The notes under the pieces were generated by a model. That model saw only the letters and a program-made list of their open reading frames with translations. It was not told the origin of the DNA and made no database searches. DNA of 64,000 nucleotides from an uncultured Acidobacteriota bacterium (GTDB lineage Bacteria; Acidobacteriota; Vicinamibacteria; Vicinamibacterales; UBA2999), in the NCBI GenBank assembly GCA_963723495.1, contig CAVRQR010000015.1, forward strand, positions 34,323 to 98,322, given 5' to 3'. Positions within the stretch are counted from its first letter, which is position 1. Every line of letters starts with the position of its first letter. The position numbers and the translations under genes are program-made. Positions 60,233-64,000 of this stretch are shown here, piece after piece.

Positions 60233-61654
60233 ATGATGGCTTCAACACCTTTCTTACGCTTGAGACGAACAGTTATAGGGCTGAGTGTCGCATGCGCGGT
60301 GACATTGACGGCCGGCGCTCAGACAAAGATCACTGCCCCGAGCAATCGCTACTCGGTGGCCGACGATGTGAAGCTCGGTCGCGAGGCCGCGGCGGAAGTC
60401 GGCAAGGAACTGCCGCTTCTCAACGATGAGCAGGTTGAGGGCTACGTCGAGACGATCGGCAGGACGCTGACCGCCGCCATCCCGTCCGAATTCCGGCATC
60501 CGGAGTTCCGGTACACCTTCGACGTGGTGAACCAGAAGGAAATCAACGCGTTCGCCCTGCCGGGCGGACCGATGTTCCTGAACCGCGGGATGATCGAAGC
60601 CGCCAAGACCGAAGGCGAAGTCGCTGGCGTGATGGCGCATGAGATCTCGCACGTCGCGCTGCGTCACGGCACGGCTCAAGCGACCAAGGGACAGAAGTTC
60701 CAGATTGGATCGGTCCTCGGTCAGATTGCCGGTGCGATTGTTGGCGGCACGGCGGGTTCGATCATTTCCCAGGGTACCCAGTTCGGTCTGGGCGCGACCT
60801 TCCTGAAGTACGGCCGCGAGTACGAGTCGCAGGCCGACATCCTCGGAGCGCAGATTCTGGCTCGCGCCGGGTACGACCCGCGCGAGATGGCGAACATGTT
60901 CAAGACGATCGAGAGCGAGGGCGGAAGCCGTGGGCCCGAGTGGCTGAGCAGCCACCCCAACCCGGGCAACCGCTACGCCGCCATCAACCGTGAGGCGCAA
61001 TCACTGCCGGTGCAGGGACGCGCCGACACCGGCCAGTTCGGCACGGTGCAGACGCGTCTGCGCCGCATGTCGCCGGCATACACGGCCGAGCAGATTGCCA
61101 AGGGTCAAGCCAAGAGTAGCCCGCGGTCTGGCAACACATCGGCTGGCGCCCCGGTGTCGGTGGCGCCGCCGTCCTCGCAGTATCGTTCGTCGTCGCCGTT
61201 CCCCTTCCTGCGCGTGAGCCTGCCGTCGAATTGGGAGGAAGTGAGCGGCGACGAAACCGGTATCACCTATGCGCCCGACGGCGGCTACCGCGCGAACTCG
61301 GGACGGCTCGAAGGCGTCACGCACGGCTTCCAGGTCGGCGTGGGGCCACGCAGCAGTGGCAACCTTCAGCAGGACACCGACCAACTGGTCGCCGCGTTCG
61401 CGCAGAGCAATCCTCAACTGCGTCGTCAGGGTAACTACTCACAGGAACGCGTCGGCGGTCGAACCGGTGTCAAGACAACGCTGAGCAATCACTCTGACAT
61501 CACGGGTCAGCCTGAAGTGATCTCGCTTGCGACGACGCGCCTCAGCGACGGGCGCCTGTTGTACCTGGTTGGTGTGGCTCCGCAGCGCGACGCCAATACT
61601 TACAACGACGTGTTCAGGCGAGTCGTCCAATCCGTGCAGCTGAGCGATCAGTAA
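60233..61654 (+). CDS. M48-family zinc metallopeptidase
   Basis: INAFALPGGPMFLNRG, HEISHVALRHG and EYESQADILG. Confidence 0.85.
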   Translation: MMASTPFLRLRRTVIGLSVACAVTLTAGAQTKITAPSNRYSVADDVKLGREAAAEVGKELPLLNDEQVEGYVETIGRTLTAAIPSEFRHPEFRYTFDVVNQKEINAFALPGGPMFLNRGMIEAAKTEGEVAGVMAHEISHVALRHGTAQATKGQKFQIGSVLGQIAGAIVGGTAGSIISQGTQFGLGATFLKYGREYESQADILGAQILARAGYDPREMANMFKTIESEGGSRGPEWLSSHPNPGNRYAAINREAQSLPVQGRADTGQFGTVQTRLRRMSPAYTAEQIAKGQAKSSPRSGNTSAGAPVSVAPPSSQYRSSSPFPFLRVSLPSNWEEVSGDETGITYAPDGGYRANSGRLEGVTHGFQVGVGPRSSGNLQQDTDQLVAAFAQSNPQLRRQGNYSQERVGGRTGVKTTLSNHSDITGQPEVISLATTRLSDGRLLYLVGVAPQRDANTYNDVFRRVVQSVQLSDQ

Positions 61655-62222
61655 GAGCTGATCTCTCCGACCGGAAAGAGCAATCGTGGACGTGATCGTT
61701 GACGAGGCCCATGGCCTGCATGAAGGCGTACACCGTCGTTGGACCAACGAACGTCCAGCCGCGCTTTCGCAGATCCTTGCTCAGCGCCGTTGACTCCGGC
61801 GTCGTCGCCATCGTCTGCAGGACCTCTCGCGTGATTCGACGGGGCCGCGATGCGCGGGCCGGTTGCCAGCGCCAGAAATAGTCGGACAGCGAGCCTTCCT
61901 CTTTCTTCAGTTCGATCGCACGCTTCGCGTTGTTGATCGTCGATTCAATCTTGCCGCGGTGACGGACGATCCCCTCGTCCTTGAGAAGACGCGTCACGTC
62001 CTTCGACTTGAACTGCGCGACCGTGTCGAGATCGAAGCCGGCAAAGGCGCGGCGGAAGTGTTCGCGTTTCCGCAGGATCGTCAGCCAGCTCAGGCCCGCC
62101 TGAAAGCCCTCCAGGCAGATCTTCTCGAACAGACGCGTGTCGTCCCGGACTGGTCTTCCCCACTCTTCGTCGTGATAGCGCACGTAGAGTGGATCGGTCC
62201 CGCACCACCAGCAACGTTTCAT
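61614..62222 (-). CDS. tag: DNA-3-methyladenine glycosylase I
   Basis: RCWWCGTDPLYVRYHDEEWGRPV, LEGFQAGLSWLTILRKRE and FVGPTTVYAFMQAMGLVNDH. Confidence 0.9.
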   Translation of the reverse strand: MKRCWWCGTDPLYVRYHDEEWGRPVRDDTRLFEKICLEGFQAGLSWLTILRKREHFRRAFAGFDLDTVAQFKSKDVTRLLKDEGIVRHRGKIESTINNAKRAIELKKEEGSLSDYFWRWQPARASRPRRITREVLQTMATTPESTALSKDLRKRGWTFVGPTTVYAFMQAMGLVNDHVHDCSFRSERSALTDRSAARIGRLA

Positions 62223-62228
62223 AGGTCG

Positions 62229-64000
62229 TCAGCGAAAGATACCGCGGATCTCCTCGCCGATTGCCCCGAGGATTCCGCGCAGTGCACGCTCGGCGCGCTG
62301 CTTCAGTGAGCCCGGGTGCAGCTCACAGAGCTGGGTTGGAATGTCGTCGCCCGGCTTGAAGTACTCGACGTAGCCAGGGCATCCGTCGAGCGCGCGATGG
62401 TAGGACACGCTGCACATGATCTCGGTGCGGAGACGTGACGGTTTGGCGAACGGCTCGGCCGGAAGGCGCTTCGCTGTCCGTCGCATGAAGTCCGCCCAGA
62501 TCGGCAGCGCCATTCGTGAGCCCGACGCATCGCTGCGGATCGTCTGCGGGTCATCGAAGCCGATCCAGACGCCGGCGACGACAGAGGAGGAGAAGCCGAC
62601 GAACCACGCATCGTGCGAATCGTTGGTCGTTCCTGTCTTGCCGGCCAGCTCCATCGGCAAGCCCTGGCGCTGCAGGCTCGCGGCGGTCCCCCGCCGAGTG
62701 ACATCCTGGAGCATCGACACCATCTGGTACGCGACCTGCTCCGAGAGCACCTGCTCGCGCTCCATGTGGACGTACTCAACCTCGTCGCCGTTGGCGTCCT
62801 CGACGGCAATCAGTCCGCGCGGCTTGACGCGATAGCCCATCCCCGGGAAGACGGCGTACGCGGCGGTGAGCTCGAGCGGGGTGACAAGTCCACTGCCGAG
62901 CGCAAGCGATGGCACATCAGGCTGATTCGTCACACCCAACTGTCGCGCGAGTTGGATCACCGGTCGCGCGCCGACACGCTGTTGCAGCATGACCGCGGCA
63001 GCGTTGCTCGACTCGAGCAACGCCTCGCGGAGCGTCATCGTGTCGTGAGTCTTCGCGCGATCATCGCGAGGAATCCAGACTCCCTCGGGCGCCTGCACCG
63101 CGACCTGCTGGAGTCCGGTGAGTGTCGACACGGGAGACAGCCCGCTTTCGAGCGCGGTTGCGTAGACGAAGGGCTTGAATGCGGAGCCCGGCTGGCGACG
63201 GCCGCGCGCTGCCCGGTTGAACGGGGTCGTCTGGAAATCAGATCCACCGACGATCGCCAGCAGGTTGCCGGTCTGCGGCTCGATCGCGACCAGCGCGGCC
63301 TGGAGACCGGGAACACCGAGCCGGCGCAGGCCGTTTCGAACCGCGATTTCCGCCGCGTCCTGAACCTCCGGCACGAACGACGTCCTGACCTTCCAGTCCG
63401 GCGGGTGGTCGTCGCCGACGATCTCTCTGAACTGCTGTCGCAGGAACTCCTTCGCATAACGATGCCGGCCGTTTGCCGGCGACGAGGCAGGCCGCACGCG
63501 CAACCTTTCGCGCCGCGCCGATTGCTCCTGGGCGGCCGTGATCTTTCCCTCTTCCCGCATGCGCCGCAGCACGATGAAGCTCCGCGCGCGCGCGTGATCG
63601 AGTCGATTCCATGGCGAGTACGACGCGGGTGCGCGAATGACGCCAGCCAGCAGGGCCGCCTCGCCCAGAGTGAGATCGGATGCCGGCTTGCCAAACGTCC
63701 TGCGCGACATCGCCTCGACGCCGTAGATGCCACTCCCGAGGTAGACCCGGTTCATGTAGAGCTGGAGAATCTCCCGCTTCGACAGAAGGATCTCCAGCAT
63801 CACCGACAGCACCGCCTCTTTGGCCTTGCGTCCGTAAGTGCGCGTGTTCGAGAGAAACAGCGTGCGCGCCAGCTGCTGTGTGATCGTGCTCCCGCCCTGA
63901 CGCGCCTCGCCGCGGAGATTGTGGAGGACCGCGCGGCTCAGGCCGATGGGATCGACCCCGGGATGCAGGTAATAGCGATGATCCTCGACGGCGATGACGG
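62229..64000 (-). CDS. mrcA: class A penicillin-binding protein (PBP1A-type transglycosylase/transpeptidase), 5' end beyond the window
   Basis: GT51 motifs are visible in-frame up to the window edge: EDHRYYLHPGVD, GGSTITQQLAR and KREILQLYMNRVYLG. The transpeptidase part carries SAFKPFVY and KTGTTND. Confidence 0.85.
   Translation of the reverse strand, partial: VIAVEDHRYYLHPGVDPIGLSRAVLHNLRGEARQGGSTITQQLARTLFLSNTRTYGRKAKEAVLSVMLEILLSKREILQLYMNRVYLGSGIYGVEAMSRRTFGKPASDLTLGEAALLAGVIRAPASYSPWNRLDHARARSFIVLRRMREEGKITAAQEQSARRERLRVRPASSPANGRHRYAKEFLRQQFREIVGDDHPPDWKVRTSFVPEVQDAAEIAVRNGLRRLGVPGLQAALVAIEPQTGNLLAIVGGSDFQTTPFNRAARGRRQPGSAFKPFVYATALESGLSPVSTLTGLQQVAVQAPEGVWIPRDDRAKTHDTMTLREALLESSNAAAVMLQQRVGARPVIQLARQLGVTNQPDVPSLALGSGLVTPLELTAAYAVFPGMGYRVKPRGLIAVEDANGDEVEYVHMEREQVLSEQVAYQMVSMLQDVTRRGTAASLQRQGLPMELAGKTGTTNDSHDAWFVGFSSSVVAGVWIGFDDPQTIRSDASGSRMALPIWADFMRRTAKRLPAEPFAKPSRLRTEIMCSVSYHRALDGCPGYVEYFKPGDDIPTQLCELHPGSLKQRAERALRGILGAIGEEIRGIFR

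Overview
GC-rich (judged by eye, not computed) bacterial chromosomal segment. The gene content includes a PEP-CTERM-like tail, a CarboxypepD_reg-type TonB-dependent receptor, DUF4139, many secreted hydrolases and an ECF sigma factor with a long N-terminus. This looks like a soil Acidobacteriota-type genome, but that is a guess. No rRNA, complete tRNA or CRISPR array was found.

Layout:
(1) About 1.4-11.4 kb is an eroded accessory block. It holds a multiply frameshifted acyl-CoA synthetase, a tRNA 3'-end scar abutting an integrase remnant, and a second frameshifted tyrosine integrase with an RHH gene. It also holds a lower-GC cargo of small, Cys-rich or secreted ORFs, a broken cytochrome c, a pentapeptide-repeat fragment, and an IS630 copy inserted at CTAG inside a small zinc-ribbon ORF.
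(2) 11.4-37 kb is core-like. It carries apt, acyP, an ABC-2 exporter, NUDIX, three MBL-fold hydrolases, an enolase-superfamily enzyme and pssA. It also carries a tannase-like esterase, a perM-ogt-TonB receptor string, a GMC/Gfo oxidoreductase pair, mgtE and an ECF sigma/anti-sigma pair.
(3) 37.3-48.7 kb holds a form II (AYRGAGR) coxS-coxL-coxM molybdenum hydroxylase string. It converges on a tightly coupled coxD-coxE-coxG-carboxylesterase-LigB dioxygenase string.
(4) 48.7-64 kb holds DUF4139, an IS66-like transposase remnant, cytochrome c and an M23 peptidase. It also holds a catalytically dead HtrA-like protein coupled to a LuxR-type regulator, a genuine HtrA, M48, tag and a partial PBP1A.

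Recurring non-genic signal: intergenic hairpins whose arms are tandem 7-nt words, two of which bracket larger inserts.

Caveat: many otherwise recognisable genes carry single-base frame breaks. I cannot distinguish true pseudogenisation from assembly indels using this window alone.
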